A stretch of DNA of 63,618 bases, the filler included, from Licmophora abbreviata (Eukaryota), in assembly GCA_900291995.1 (NCBI GenBank). It is 12 parts of 12 records of this genome, joined end to end, with 100 filler letters (N's around TTAATTAATTAA, not from the genome) between each part and the next. Parts side by side here need not be neighbours in the genome. Positions count along the whole stretch, not along the records: positions 44,272 to 48,205 come from OLMU01000288.1; positions 48,306 to 51,785 come from OLMU01000289.1; positions 51,886 to 56,944 come from OLMU01000290.1; positions 57,045 to 58,719 come from OLMU01000291.1; positions 58,820 to 59,943 come from OLMU01000299.1; 7 more parts are not named here. The stretch is one strand, 5' to 3'. Made by a program: the position numbers and the translations under genes. Below are positions 46,853 to 60,043 of the stretch, one piece after another (positions within the stretch are counted from its first letter, which is position 1; the number at the start of each line of letters is the position of its first letter). The notes below the pieces were generated by a model, which was not told where the DNA came from, made no database searches, and was given only the letters and a program-made list of their open reading frames with translations.

Positions 46853-47512
46853 GATGACGATCTCTTGATAACTTCAAACCAGAAAAGAGGAGAAAGGTAG
46901 ATATTAGCAGACGTCGGTCACTTGGCAGCACCGTGATGATGAAGCAACAAAACGTGATTGTGGTCGACATAACGCAAATTTTGTGAGCCCCGAACACCAC
47001 GTAGAACGCTACGTAATTCAATACCGTTCCCAATGGATACCCCCAGCGACCTGCCTCTTTCGTTGCTCCTCCATTTTCTTCTCTATTGCAGCGGTTAAAT
47101 CACGAGCGAATATTGAAAAGGAGTCAACTCACCCTAAATTCAATCGCCGAGAGCTACGGTGGCTAAATTCAAATATTGGAGGCTTTTCGACTAGTTGTGT
47201 GAGAACTTTGATCGTCCTGCGTCGCGCTTTGATGCTCACGGAAGGATCTACGTCGATACGGCGTTTGAAGTGGTACAAAATCTACGACATGTTTTGCGTT
47301 GGGAAAACCAGCCTCACAATTTGGTCAGTCCGTCGTCGACCTCAAACTCCGAAGGCTTACAACTCTCTCCACGATGCGGCGGCGCATAGTCGACCCAATC
47401 AGAAGACTGGAATGAATCAATCCGTCAGCTAACAGTCGACATGCATACACTCTAGCTAGACGTGGCAACATTATGATGAAGTTGACTGACAAACATTTCA
47501 AAAGTAAAACAC

Positions 47513-50500
47513 CTATTCCCCCATCAACGGCATACCACGAGGCGCCTTTCTCGACGAGCGCTTCTTCGTCTGTCTGTTCTTATCATTCTCGATATCTTTC
47601 CCTTCTTCAAACTCGAATGGGTCTTCTTCCATTGGTTCCAGCTTCTTCTTCCTTGCCGCTCGTTTCTTCGCCCTTGCCTTGGCGTTGGCAGCCTTCTCCC
47701 CGGCAGCTTCGTTTTCTCCGGCAAGTGCCGAGCATTCGTCTAGCTTAGTCTCCCACTCTTCCAAGCACTCCTTCATTTCAGGCTTCGCAAATTTCTTGGA
47801 TTTCGAGACAATCGAAAAGAAGAACTTCTTAACGTCGTCGTCAAAGAGGGCGTCCTTGTAGAGCTTGAAGTTGTCACTTAGTACCTTAATAGATCGCTCG
47901 TTGATTTTGAGCTGTGCAATGCAGAAAGCCAGATCTGCCTTCTGCGATATGGAAGTGCACTTTGGAAAGCGTTGAAGTAGCTTTTCGGTGAGCTGCTCGT
48001 TCTGGCGCTCTTTTTTGATGAAGCCCAGCAGAAAAGACATGATGCTTCGGAAATCTTCCCGCCGCATCGACTGCTGGCTGAGTTGGCTGATGATGTCTGG
48101 AAGAAGATTGTAGACTGGATTGTTGCTCCGCTTGCTGAGCTCGTGGAAGAGAAGCCGCGACATATCACGAATCCTCGAGTCTTTGTCTCGGAGGCACGTG
48201 GCGATNNNNNNNNNNNNNNNNNNNNNNNNNNNNNNNNNNNNNNNNNNNNTTAATTAATTAANNNNNNNNNNNNNNNNNNNNNNNNNNNNNNNNNNNNNNN
48301 NNNNNCTTGACCTTGACCATATCGTTCAAGATTAGATGGGTTAACACCATCAGCGTGTGCCGGCGAACCTTTGTGGATTCGTCGCGAAGACAGGCATAGA
48401 GACGGGGCGTGTAGGGCTCGACTTCGTTTGGGAATCGAAATGCGTGGTCTCCAAGAGCGATGACAGTATTGGCCCGAAGAGTGGTGTCCGTGGACGGAGA
48501 ATTGGCCAATGCCGTGAAGAGCAGCGGGAGGTGGTCCTCACAGAACGAACTCGAGATGCACATGAATTTGCTTAGGGCCAGCGAGGCACTCTGTCGCAGA
48601 AGCTCCGACTTGAAGACCCCACCTTCGTTGGCGACGACACGGATCAGCAGCGGGGAGAATTTGCTGATGAGCCCGCGTGCAAGGATCTCTTTGTCAGCAA
48701 TATCGGCCATCTGACGTTCGTGCTCCGCTTCGATTTCCGCAGCGACACCCAGCTCGGCCTCTATCGCATCTTCCTCCTCTGCCTCTTGCGAGTCTGTTTT
48801 CGCCTTGTCGGCCATTTCTTGCTTTTGCAACGACTTTGCAGCGTTGGCGCGGCGCACAGAAGAGCTGATGTGCTCGGTGTACACGAGAAGCCTCAAGGCA
48901 ATGTGACCGAGCACAAAGAAGAAGCGAGCAAGGCGGAGAGAATGGCATGTAGTCTGCTGGAAATCGAGGCTGTCGCCAAACGTCGTCGCTGCCATTCCAT
49001 TGATAATTTCGGCGCATGCTACTTCCGGCTCCGGGGATATCACAAAGAGCGCATCAATGGCTTGCTCCGCCGCCGAGAACCAAGCCGTAGTATCTTTTGC
49101 ACTGCTATCGATACACCAATCGCCACGAGCGACAGTACACAAACGTTCGATAATCTGCTCCAGAACGAGATACTTCGCAGAGTTGAGATCAACTTGTGCT
49201 CGAGCGACGCGCTGAAGTGCGCACGCCGCAGAACGAGCCGTCTTCCAGTCACGATGCTCTTCAGCGTAGTCTCCCAGTCCGGCTTCCAACAGTAGTTTGA
49301 GGCGACTGGGACTGTCAACAATCCCGCGATCTGCACTTGCGCCCATTGATAGAATCAGCATTGCCGCAGCTCTAGCCTCTCCGGATGCCTTCGAAGCGAT
49401 CGACCACAAGATCAGAAAGACGTCTGCTGGAATGGTCTCGTCCTTGACAAGACGTCCAAGCGCCTCTTCGATAGACGCAAGCTCACTGACTGTTGCACGG
49501 CCCACCAAGACGAGGAGGTTGTGTGCGATCTGGTTGTCGGGAAGAGACTCCTTGCCATCGGTCCCAGGAATTGCAATGAACACCTCGACAAATGCCTTGA
49601 GTACCTCATCGCGAATGCTCTGTTCCGTCGACCACATGAGAGCGAGCGCCTGTTTCATACCTGTGATGGCACACGGCAACTTGAAATGACGAGCGCGGAC
49701 GAAGAACCTAAGCGCTTCGGTGACATCGCTAGTGTTGGCCGAAAGCAACATTCCTTGGAAGACTCCTTCGGCTGTCTCAAAGTGTTCGATAAAGTCAAGG
49801 GCCGATTGAGCAAACTTGAGGGCTTGTACGTTGGATCGAAACTGGGCTTCTTCGGTTGACAGCTCGTCGACATCTGTCATGGCATCCGCCTCGGCAATCG
49901 CAGCGGCCAGCGCAGCCTCCTCGATCTGTTGGAGGGCCTCGTCGTCGCCAGTCTCCTTGGCCTCCTGAAGAGCTGCATCTTGGGCCTCAATAATGGAGGC
50001 AGGCATGGTTGACTTGAGCTTCTCGTAGATCTCGCCTAGTTTCTTTCGATAAGGGGAGGGATCCAACGAACCCATATACGGGTTGTTTTCAAGTAGTATC
50101 GTCAAGAGCTGCGAACGGAACAGCGTCTCAATTCAGTTAGAACGAGTAGTTACGAAAATTACATGCGCGAAAGGAAATCACGTACCTGCATTGCGCTGCG
50201 GCGAACCATTACCGTCTTGTCTTGTAGGCGGTCGATTGCAAGAGCCGTCACCGGCAATACACGCTCAATTGGTAGTGCGTCGCTCTGTGTGACATTGATC
50301 CAGGATTTGAGCACCGCTACTCTTGTGAACGAACTGACGTCGTACACACGTTCCGACAATACATCTAATAAGGCATTCTGAGATTTGGTGACATGGTCTT
50401 TGTCCGCCATGCCGTCATCTTCGTCGTTGACATTTACATCGGTGCCGTCACTTCCTTCATGTTTTCCGACGTGCACGAGAATGTGGCCGATAGCGGTGAC

Positions 50501-51715
50501 AATAGCGGATCGAAGGCCGTAGGGTTCCGAATTCAGGTGCGGAGAATTAAGGAGACGCTGGAAAGCACGATGCGAGGGCGGACCTGCGCTAGCTCATTGA
50601 GAAACGGCGCGACGTTCTTGACGCCGCTCGCTTTGCCCCCCGCATCCGAACTGACAGAGGTATCAAGTCTCCCAATTTCCCGCAGTAGCTCAAGGGCAAG
50701 ACGGTTGGTCGGGTTTTCGTTTACCATCGTACATAGCTCGCCAACGAGAGGTGCAATGTGCTCATACGAGTGCAGCAGGTCCACCAGAGCGGCGACAACG
50801 GTACCCAGAAGATTGTCAGCCGAGTCGACTGTCGCCGCAATCATTCCCAGAGCAGCATCAGCCGAGGCAGCCTTGCGTGCAACCACACCGGTGGCACTTT
50901 CGAGCATCTGATAAGCGATTCGACACGGAAGGCCGACGACGGCTTCGTCGGGCACCCCGCATTTCCAGAGCTGGGACCTATGTGATGCCATCGACTTGGC
51001 CGCACGGAGCATCGCCTCAGCACATGTGGCTCGCATGGCCACCACCTCTGCAGTTTCAGCCTTGTTCTCGTCGCGCTTCGATACAGATGCCTTTGCTTCC
51101 GATTCCGTAAAGAACATGACGGAGAATAGCATGTAGATGTGACATGCCAGTGCATCACGGAAGGACTGTGGCATCACGAATTGGGCTGTTCCGTCATTGG
51201 CTGGTACGTTGGCGTCGGGCCCAGAGCAGCTCTCCAAGATTCCTGCCAACGCTTTAACAGAACTGGTAAGAGCGTTAACGAGACGAGCTCGTGTCGTCGG
51301 TGCCAGGGATGCCGATTTTCTGTCGGCGTCGAAGGGGAACACAGAAAGGAGTAAGAAGATGTGTGGTTCGGGATGCACAGAAGCCTGCAGTGTTTACTCA
51401 CCGGACCAAGGTGTACAGAGCCTGCACTCGTTCTTCGTCGTTCCAGGGTTCTTCGTCCTCAGCGTCATCAGACTCGAAGAGAGCGACAGTAGCGCTCAGC
51501 AGGGTGCGATTGCCAGTCTCCAAAACGTTGACCAATGCGTCAAAGGACTCTGCACGGTCGGCTTCGTCATCATCTGCAAAGTCCTCAGGGTAGGGCAGCA
51601 AGTTATACGGTGCTCGCTCCAGATCCTGCAGAGAGGAAGGGATGGGAAACGACGATGCGTTCGAAGTCTTCGTCATGGTCAAGGGCCCATCAGTCGAGAG
51701 TGCAGCCATCGCCAT
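47513..51715 (-). CDS. NCAPD2: Condensin I subunit CAP-D2/Ycs4 (introns 51320-51401, 50109-50185; frameshift near 50542; gap 48206-48305)
   Basis: DVSSFTR..VL, RLQDKTVMVRRSAMQ, LSKFMCISSSFC, RANTVIALGD.AFRFPN, VLTHLILNDMVKVK and NPVYNLLPDIISQL. The start codon is uncertain. Confidence 0.93.
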
Positions 51716-51902
51716 GTCGATGTGATGCGCCAGAATCTTGTCATGGGTCAAAAAGTGGCGCGATTTGAATCAATATATAAACTTCNNNNNNNNNNNNNNN
51801 NNNNNNNNNNNNNNNNNNNNNNNNNNNNNTTAATTAATTAANNNNNNNNNNNNNNNNNNNNNNNNNNNNNNNNNNNNNNNNNNNNAAAGAAACATGCGAC
51901 AC

Positions 51903-54900
51903 CTATTTACTGGTAAGAGGTCTGACTCCGGCCCAATTCGTCGGCGCCTGACACCCGCGGCGCTCCATGTACGCGATGAGGCACCGGCATGCGCCATCAC
52001 CTAGCTCTTGTCGAATCCTGACGAGTTCTTCCTCTTTATTAGAACGATCAAAGATGCGACCATCAATCTCGTCGGGGTTGTAGTCAATGTATCCTTCTTC
52101 TAAAACGTTTCGGATCATCAAGTTGTCGGCCGCTCTCAAGCTCGCAACCGCGGCCAGCCATTCGCCGCGTAGATACTGATCCTTCCCTTCCTTGTACTTC
52201 TTCTCGAAATCTTCAGTAACGTGCTGCCGCATCGCACGAATGTCTTGATCCGTATTCCAGATGGCAGGCGAATATAGTTCCGCATCAAGATCCGCCTGCT
52301 CGTTTGTTCGCTCATACAAGAAGAAGTCGACCCCCTGAAAGCGAGCATCGAATGTGTAGACGCGCTGTTCCACACTACTGCCCTTGACGTACACAGTGTC
52401 AAGGTGACGCAACATGGCTCGAGCAGGTGACGACAAAATCTCTTCAACCGCTTGGCTCAGAAGTATGTGAACACCGTACTGCTTACTTGCGCTCATCATT
52501 CGCGAGGCCATGTTGACGTGTGGCGATAGATAGGTTGCGTCGATCTTGAACGCGCTTCCAACCGCGCCTTCGACTGCCCATCCGGCATCCATGCCGTAGA
52601 TGAGTGACACGCCGGAGAAAGCACCCACGCCAGCAGACAGACGAAAGTCGTTCTTCCATTTTTGTAGACTCTTGTCTCGATAGACTCCAGCGAACGACTT
52701 GAGCATGCCGAGAAGAGCTCTGTCGGAAAAGGCCTGGATCCCGGGAAGCGACGCGAGCTGAAGGGTGTCGTCAGGCTCTCCGCGCATGGTATGAACGCTG
52801 CGGCGTCTACGGAGATTCCTTGAACTTGGAACGCGACGTCGTGGTGTCTTCCTGCCCTTGCGGGCAGCCGCTGCTGAAAAGACTACATCAGTCGCCCGAG
52901 CCTTCTTTTCGCGGACTTCGGTGAAGTCACCAATCCGAAACACCATCAAGAAAGCGCTACCGAGATTCTTGTTGCATTGACCGCTGTCTCCGAGTGCCCA
53001 CCTGTAAACCTCGTCGTGAACCACTTTGGCAACGTCGTTAATTAATATCATCACAGCGGCGTCGAGTACTCGTAGCTGGTTGCTGAAGCCGTCAATTGCA
53101 ACAAATCCGAAAAGAGCGTAGACTCGCTTTCCGGGAACGGTGGGGTTGAAGACAACAGTTTCTCCTTCAAGAGTCCTTGCTAGATTTGATGAAATTATCC
53201 CGGCGCCAGCGACTCCCCAGCACTTGCGAAGGAGATCGGTAATCTTGCTAATGGCATTGATCAGCTGCTCTGTTTCGTAGTTTCCCAGTTGCTCTTCCTC
53301 GTTGCCTTCGTCCTCGTCGCTGTCATTGCTGGCGACAAACGAACTCTTCTTTCTTGCAGCGCTCCTTGTTGCCGTCTGGGACAAAGGGTTTTCAGCGTCT
53401 GATGCGCATATCAACGGTCAAGTATGAGGGTCAGACTCCATTTGGCAATTGGCACTGGAGCGCAAAAGCACATACTGAACTTACATCGGACGACAATTTT
53501 CAACATTCTTTGAAGCGGATCGAGGACAAGACGATCGGCGTCTCCGCGAAGGACTGCAAGACCCCAGAGTAGCAGCACAACAAAAGAAGAGATCAGAAGA
53601 AAACACGAGAGATGTCTATCACATGAAAAAAGTCACAGACGTGAGACGCGACCGACCTGGGCAACAACGCACTCAAAACAAAACTAGACCACTCACGTGT
53701 TTCCAACAGTATCGTTCTGGTCAAAAAGCGCGACAACGGAGAATGGTTCCGTTGTCGTCAACGAGCTTTCGTCCACTTTTAGGGCGTTGATCAAGGGATC
53801 CTCAAGACTGTGATTAAGAGAAATTCGGCCAGGAGCAAGGGCATGTGATGCGAGTGACCTGCGTCTTATTCCAGACATGTCGGCGGGGCCCGAGGAGCTA
53901 AATCTGTTTATCTCAGTTATGCCTCCAACTCGAACGTCCAATAGATCTGCATAGTATTCAGGGGTAGCATCATCCGGATTTTCGGGTCGGTTGCCCCAGA
54001 CGTCGCACGTCTCCGTCGTCACACCGTCTGGACATACGGTAATGACACCGTCTGGTCTCTGGAAATCGCATCGAACCGGCAAAAGCTGAGCCCATAATAT
54101 ATGAGAATGTTCGTCGCTGAGACGATAACTCGTTTGGGAAACGGGAGATGCTTTCAGCCAAGCTGTTACGACGGTTTCAAGGTAGGCGCAGCTGCTTTCG
54201 TCACTGCCAGGGACCTGAATGTTATTCTCGAACAGCAGATCAACAGAATTCTGGGCAACCGGATTTGTCCCGGTCATCGATAGTAATAACGGGACAAGAA
54301 TCGCGATCAAAGTGCTAAGAAAAAACAGAGTTGGTACATGTTGACGATGTGAGCGGCAGCAACGCGCTGGACAATGACCAGTGTATGCCCACCAAACGTA
54401 CAGAAGGAAGAGTGCGCGATGCGAATTTGTAACCATGAGCGCTGTTCCGATTGTTGCAGCCTTTCTTAACCCGCGGTCCTCTTCGCTAGTTTCCGTAGAC
54501 AGAAAACGAGCACTTTCATTATCAGCCTCCGTCTTCTGAAAGACGACAATATTATGAGCCACCCTTCAACCTAGATAAGCTGCGATCGTTGAAACAAAGC
54601 CAAAATTGACTTACCACTATTTTGCGCTGCCCTGTCAGTGTTCGCCTCACGTATCCTGAGGTACCGTCTACTGCTTCCCCCGGAATGAAAAAGTTTCGGA
54701 TTGGGCGCTTTGTAGCATCGTCAGTAAATGCATTCGCCAGCCACATGTTTCTCCAGTGACGTACGAGTCCGTACATACGAATCATAGTCAGACTTAGGCA
54801 CAATCTGCCCCATGTGGCATTGCGCCTAGTCTCACTGTGAACAGCAGTCAGGGCTGCGTCGATCCCAGTCCAGGCGCCGCGCTCGCCGCAATCTGATGAC

Positions 54901-56665
54901 AAGCATGTATACTCTGGAACGAAGAGGCCCAGGGCGATTGCCTCGCCGACGAGATGAAACGTATCAATGTACAGCTGAGTCGATGGTGCGTACGCCTTGT
55001 CCGTCCGAATTAGGCTCAGGTATCCAGATGGTCTTACAAGCCATTCAAGGACGAGCTCAACAGTCAGAATGCACCACACAATCCTTCAACAGCAAAGATA
55101 CGCACAGTAAGTCAGATGAGACAAATACATGGCAGAAAACCAAGCATAACATCCTATAATTCAGGCACTCACAATGAAAGAATCGTTACGACAAAGTCCG
55201 CTTTAGCTGGAAGAAATGCAAGCCTCACGTGCTCAACAAAAACGAATATGAGACTGCAGAAAACGAGTACGTTGACTCCTGTGATGCGAACGCGACACCC
55301 AAATGGCCTATCACCGTACAACAAATGCGCTGCCTGCTGCTTGGCAATGGCTCGTGACTTCCGGTAGAATGGGACGACGCTGGACTTGAAAACCCTGATG
55401 GGCCACCACACTACACCACCTAGACAGACGGCAAACGCTGCCAAAACTCCGAGTTCTTCCATACTATCTGCATCCTCGTCAGCCGCCTGGCCCGTTCGTT
55501 TCGCCGCTCGCAGAGCAGCCTCCAAGCCATCAATTGCAGTAAGAGGTTCCATCCACGCTGCATCACACCTTTGTTCTGTACCACAGTCCGCTCGGAGGAC
55601 GGTGTAGTACGGAGTGTCTTCGTCAAAGTGAACCCTCTTCACGGTCGCTAAGACGTACGAATACGGCCCGCGCTGCTCTTGGTGCGTCGTTCCTTCACCA
55701 GGTGGGAAACCGAACCTGTTGACGGGTTCAATGGTGAAATACTCAGGTAGATCCGTTGAGTTAGTGTGATTGAGAACGTTGAGATATCCTAGAACACTAT
55801 CCCCAACAAAAAACTGAATCCGATGCTGGGGCGTTTTGGGTGTCGCCTCGGCTGCGACAACAGCAGCCGCTGCAGCAACATCGTTCCAGTTCGTATTCGA
55901 TTGACCTCGACCGAGAGACGAGATGGCACTATCCAATGCGGTCCCGCTCGCACTCCCATCAGTCGAAGAGGACTTATGGCCAGAGAGCCGAAACGAGAAG
56001 TTGCTCTTAAAATTTCTCAGGAGGCTTGGCTTGCTACCATGCTCCCGAGAGTTGTGAAGGGCGGTCCGCCGCCTTGACGAGTCGCGGTTGAGAACGATAC
56101 TGGAGCGCCGCGGTGTTGATGTGGAATGTACCCCCGAAAACCGACTGTTTAGACCCTCGTTGGGCACAGACAACGTAATGCGACGTTTCGATCGAACATT
56201 TCTTTCCTCTGTGCCACTCGATATAGTATCCGAAGACGCACGACGGAGAGAGCTCCGTCGAGTATTCGAGGAGCTCCCGATGACTGATTTTTGCGAGACA
56301 TGAAAATCAGTCGGTGAAGACGTCGAACTAAACTGTGCCTCGTCACTCCTATCCTGACGAGCGACTGATGATTGCCGAGTCCATTCGTAGTCCATGTCTA
56401 ACGAAGTAGACTTGCCTGATTCCTCGTCCGCTTCCTCGTCTCCCTCTTCATAAAGATCGCCCTCAGATGTGGCCATTGTAGAAGAATCATAGGCTGACGA
56501 CCCCTCTTCCTCATCGCCCACGGAAGACGAAAAGAGCTCTTCCGGATCGACACTTCCGTCATCGCCGTCGCCGCCGCCTTCAGCCCTCATTCGCACTTCT
56601 TGTTCTTCCATTTCATCCAACAAATTTCGTTTGCTACTAGAAACTTCTTCTCTTGGGGACGACAT
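51903..56665 (-). CDS. Ion-channel-domain class III adenylyl cyclase homolog (ciliate/apicomplexan AC-alpha type), 6 exons (introns 55084-55172, 54536-54614, 54315-54401, 53616-53696, 53399-53484)
   Basis: Multi-TM region, LVLDPLQRMLKIVVRYAENPL, YETEQLINAISKI, NKNLGSAF, GWAVEGAVGSAFKIDATYLSPHVNMASR, and C-terminal WAGVRPLTSK. Confidence 0.85.
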
Positions 56666-56810
56666 GATGTAAATGATTTATTCTAGAATAAAAAGGATAC
56701 GCTGCTCTGCCGTTGGGGACGCTGAAGAAGGAGCGGTCGCTCGCGGCATACCACCATGTTCTGGATTGAAAGTTGAAAGTCTCGTCTCATCCACGACGTC
56801 GCTGAGCATT

Positions 56811-57168
56811 CTTCCATAATAAGTAGAAGTATCAGTGACGTCAGTCTTTAATGGTATCTGTCTGTCATCCGTCGTTCACGATGAGCTAATTTTTTACGCG
56901 GGATGCTGGGCCACATGAATTCATGAATTCATTCATCATTTGCGNNNNNNNNNNNNNNNNNNNNNNNNNNNNNNNNNNNNNNNNNNNNTTAATTAATTAA
57001 NNNNNNNNNNNNNNNNNNNNNNNNNNNNNNNNNNNNNNNNNNNNCTTCCATAATGAGTAGAAGTATCAGTGACGTCAGTCTATTAGGGTATCTGTCTGTC
57101 ATCCGTCGTTCACGATGAGCAAATTTTTTACGCGGGATGCTGGGCCACATGAATTCATTCATCATGCG
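56811..57168. repeat. Imperfect duplication across a gap (56811-56944 vs 57045-57168)
   Basis: Both copies begin cttccataat(a/g)agtagaagtatcagtgacgtcagtc and differ by several substitutions and a short indel. Confidence 0.85.
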
Positions 57169-57206
57169 CGACTCGCGACGCGATCTACCACAAGAGCAGC
57201 GAAACC

Positions 57207-58719
57207 ATGGGAGAAGCGCCGCCGAAAGTAAAGGTGGAGGAAGGCGCCGATGTTGTCAACGAGGAGACACTTTCTTCGAATCCACTAGAGGAGAAGTCGC
57301 CGCCAGCGAAAGAATCCACAAACGGCGACGACGAGGGCACCAAAGTGAAGCAGGAAGAACCCAGCACGACCGAAGATACGCCGACTCCCTCGACTAGCGA
57401 AGGAGCTTCTCCTTCCGATCCACACGTCGCTGCTGCCCCCTCGTTGTCGACCGAAGACGCGCCAGCTGAGGAAAAAGTGATCGTCGATCCCATACCAACC
57501 ATCCCGAGGAAGGGGAAATCTGCCGCTCCTGACCACTCGTCGCTCCACATCACCAATTCAAATGTTTCGTCAACACTTGAGCAAGCACGGACGCCCTCCG
57601 ATGCTGGAAGCTCCATTGCCGCGACCGCTTTCCACGATGCCAGTGTCATCACGTCCCGTCCAGGAAGGTCGGGATCTCTGTTTGGACTCGCCGAAGGAGT
57701 CCATGTCCCCCATTCCGTCGATTCGTCCCTTCTCGAAGGTCGTATCCTGACCACTCTCAACCAGCTTCCCGTCAGTCTTATCAACGACGCTCTGATTGAG
57801 TATGACGACGCGATTCAGAACAAGGGTGGCCAGATTCGGAGCAAGGGTGCCTACCTCATGGGTGTCGTCAAGCGATACGTCAGTGTCCACGAACGCGCGG
57901 GGCAAGCAGGCGAGGGCGGTCTGCCAATGGGACACTTGCTTACTTCCGCTGTGCAGGATCGGCTCGACAAGCTTGTTCTTGATGGATACTGTTCACAAGA
58001 GGAGATGAATGATAAAATCAAGAGTAAGATTCGCATGTTGTCTGAGAAAGATGCATTGTTTGCCGTTGAAGAGCTTGCAGGGGTCGATCGTGCGCAAATC
58101 CGTAACTTCTCCAGCTATTTCATGGGAATCTTGAATCGTTACATGCGTGGCGAACGAGAATCCAAACATCATCGCGGTGGAGACGATCGTCGTGGTTCCC
58201 ACAAAGACGATCGTCGCCGTGATGATGATCGGTACCGCAGCGATCGTCACCGTGGGCGTAGTCCCGACCGCGACCGAGGATCGCGATACGGAGACGACCG
58301 GAACTACGACTCGTACCGAAGAGATCGCTCTCGTGACCGCTTTGATACTGATCGGCAACGAAGCGGCACTGGTCGCAGTGATCCACGCCAGAACCGACCA
58401 CAACAGCCTCAGATATCGCTGATGCAGCAGCCCCAGCAGCAGCAAGTCTTTCCTGGACAGCAGCAACGGCAGATTAGCGGCTTTCCGCCTGGTATCCCTG
58501 GTCTTCCCCCTGGAATGCCGCGTCCCGGAATGCCTGGTGTGAATGTTTTCGCTCAACCCCAGCCACCCCAACAGCAAATGTTCGTCTCATCGAATCAGCA
58601 GCCCATGATGAATCCTCAGTTTCAGCAGCCGCAACAGCCACAAACAATGCAACAGTTCGCACCACAGCCCGCATACACCAACCAACTCGGCACCGTCCCT
58701 GGTACGTTCATGACGAATG
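57207..58719 (+). CDS. Protein with two hnRNP-Q/R N-terminal acidic (NURR-like) helical domains plus RD/RS-rich and Q/P-rich regions; 3' end lost in gap
   Basis: [15 protein letters not shown] and [15 protein letters not shown] repeats, DALFAVEEL, and an Arg/Asp dipeptide-rich tract. Confidence 0.68.
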
Positions 58720-59224
58720 NNNNNNNNNNNNNNNNNNNNNNNNNNNNNNNNNNNNNNNNNNNNTTAATTAATTAANNNNNNNNNNNNNNNNNNNNNNNNN
58801 NNNNNNNNNNNNNNNNNNNCGCTTCTTCTGGAATGGCTTGGTCGGTGTCACCACGCATTGTTCTGAACTAGTTTTTATCAAAGGTGGACTCGAATAAGAG
58901 GGGCAGCGACCGGAATCAGCGAATGGCCCATGTCAACATCATCACCGCCCTGATGTCTGATGTCGCGATGGGGCTGCACTCCCGCCATCACCATGTTCAA
59001 TGTGATGATGGCGCGTTTCTGCATGCGTCTTGAAAAAACGGACGAGCTCCAACGATTGATAGTGACTGAAAGAGCTCTCATTTTCGACAAGGCCACACGG
59101 CATCGAAAAAGCACAACTCGTCGGATCCATTCCCGGCGTGGAAAGTAAAACCTCTGCTCCCCTGATTGCAATCATACTTCCAACTGTTTGCTTGGTCTCT
59201 CTCAATTGACCATTCGAAGGTATC

Positions 59225-59677
59225 ATGTCCGTGACAGACGATGAATTCTACATGAGATATTACGTTGGTCACAAAGGAACATTCGGAAACGAGTTTCTCG
59301 AGTTTGAGCTTTCGCCCAGCGGCAAGTTGCGCTACGCCAACAATTCCAATTACAAGCACGATCGAATGATTCGAAGAGAAGTTTGCTTATCGCCAGCAGT
59401 GGTGGATGAGATGCGACGTATCATTGTGGATAGCGAAATTACCAAAGTGGACGACAAAAATTGGCCTGAACCCGATGATTCATGCAGACGCCAGGAGTTG
59501 GAGATCAAGATTGGGAATGAGCATATTGCCTTTACATGTGCTGAGATTGGGAGTATGATAGATGTGCGAAAGAGTCCCGATCCAGATGGACTCAAGACGT
59601 TTTACTATCTCGTGCAAGACCTCAAGTGTCTGGTGCTTTCCTTGATTCACCTACACTTTACCAAGAATCCTTTCTAG
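59225..59677 (+). CDS. MAGOH: Mago nashi (exon junction complex core)
   Basis: [39 protein letters not shown] and [18 protein letters not shown]. Confidence 0.95.
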   Translation: MSVTDDEFYMRYYVGHKGTFGNEFLEFELSPSGKLRYANNSNYKHDRMIRREVCLSPAVVDEMRRIIVDSEITKVDDKNWPEPDDSCRRQELEIKIGNEHIAFTCAEIGSMIDVRKSPDPDGLKTFYYLVQDLKCLVLSLIHLHFTKNPF

Positions 59678-60043
59678 CTATTTGGAGAGACAGAGTCGAC
59701 GAACTGGACAGGTCAGGATTCGAGACAAGCGCTATGTAAGGGCCCGGCTCAGTAAATTGTGCTAGTGCCTACTCCCAATTTGCAAGTATCATACGGAACA
59801 GCCTTTGATATGCGAAGCTTGCCTGTAGATTTTAGCCGTCCTACTCGAGATGTTTCCATACTCATTGGCATAGTTAACAATCACATCAGCTCTTTAGATA
59901 GGTCGTTGCAAGCTTTGATTCGTGCAGGTAAAGTGGTAGGACGNNNNNNNNNNNNNNNNNNNNNNNNNNNNNNNNNNNNNNNNNNNNTTAATTAATTAAN
60001 NNNNNNNNNNNNNNNNNNNNNNNNNNNNNNNNNNNNNNNNNNN

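Noticed and set aside
50535..50550. Frameshift in CAP-D2 as programmed frameshifting or pseudogenisation
   Set aside because: One extra C in a short C run restores ...LILPHLNSEPY. The gene is essential and otherwise intact, and homopolymer-length discrepancies are visible between duplicated contig ends, so sequencing error is most likely.
56836..56843. TGACGTCA (CRE/bZIP-like) palindrome upstream of the cyclase gene, suggesting cAMP feedback
   Set aside because: It is a single 8-mer; the second copy is the assembly duplicate. That is not distinguishable from chance.
58820..59171. Short ORFs between the gap and Mago
   Set aside because: There is no recognisable product; this may be the 3' end or UTR of the upstream gene, and no call can be supported.
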